Below, piece after piece: positions 47,845 through 47,960 of a DNA stretch of 47,960 nt. Numbering within the stretch: the stretch's first letter is position 1; every line of letters starts with the position of its first letter. The DNA is from an uncultured Methanosarcinales archaeon (GTDB lineage: Archaea; Nanobdellota; Nanobdellia; Woesearchaeales; DATDXC01): NCBI GenBank assembly GCA_964510025.1, contig CAZDZV010000001.1, positions 229,399-277,358 on the forward strand, read 5' to 3'. The notes below the pieces were generated by a model, which was not told the DNA's origin, ran no database searches, and saw nothing but the letters and a program-made list of their open reading frames with translations. The translations under genes and the position numbers were made by a program.

Positions 47845-47960
47845 TGAGAGAGTGGGGATTCGAACCCCAGTAGGCACTAAGCCAATAGATGGCCCATAGA
47901 GCATATCATCGGCCTTGGATAAAGACCTCATCACTCAGCAACTTGAGTTTGGATTTTTCA
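47845..47960 (-). tRNA. tRNA-Leu, 3' exon (47845-47890) plus part of an intron; 5' exon outside window
   Basis: Minus strand reads A-TCTAT-T-GGC-TTAGT-GCC-TAC-TGGGG-TTCGAAT-CCCCA-CTCTCTC-A: long variable arm and A73, typical of Leu. The matching anticodon arm is not adjacent, implying an intron of at least 70 nt. Confidence 0.8.

Noticed and set aside
47800..47934. 45-aa N-terminal extension of RNase J in the ORF track
   Set aside because: It overlaps the tRNA-Leu exon and the rnj TATA box; the real start is 47799.
47900..47936. Hammerhead ribozyme-like TGATGA-stem-GA in the tRNA-Leu intron
   Set aside because: The core needs CUGANGA and GAAA; the sequence has GUGAUGA and GAUG.
1..47960. 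CRISPR array, rRNA genes or transposases
   Set aside because: No regularly spaced repeats, rRNA-like tracts or transposase motifs were seen; nearly all sequence is accounted for by identified genes.

Overview
Compact archaeal chromosomal segment, most likely DPANN (Woesearchaeales-like), judged from the single-chain PriS-PriL primase, the archaeal ribosomal protein set, TATA-driven leaderless genes and intron-containing tRNAs. Left part: a divergent OFA-family MFS transporter and AMP-forming acetyl-CoA synthetase, a TrmB-family regulator, and a 12-gene Phe/Tyr operon (split transketolase, archaeal aroA'/aroB', AroD-AroE fusion, aroA, bacterial-type aroK, aroC, tyrA, pheA, pheS, pheT). Middle: the L3-to-L14e (S10/spc-like) ribosomal superoperon with secY on the minus strand, lacking Rpp29, adk and cmk. 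Right part: housekeeping and unknown genes (primase, Hef, HtpX, K+ channel, TraB, PRC-barrel, PCNA, RNase J), tRNA-Gly(CCC) and the 3' part of a tRNA-Leu. The strongest new observation is a candidate ribosome-mediated attenuator upstream of the Phe/Tyr operon: a leaderless 19-codon ORF (MAHEKALNKDFFLVPYFYF) followed by two mutually exclusive hairpins and a U-tract. No mobile element or CRISPR array was seen. All calls come from reading motifs by eye; no searches or folding programs were run.
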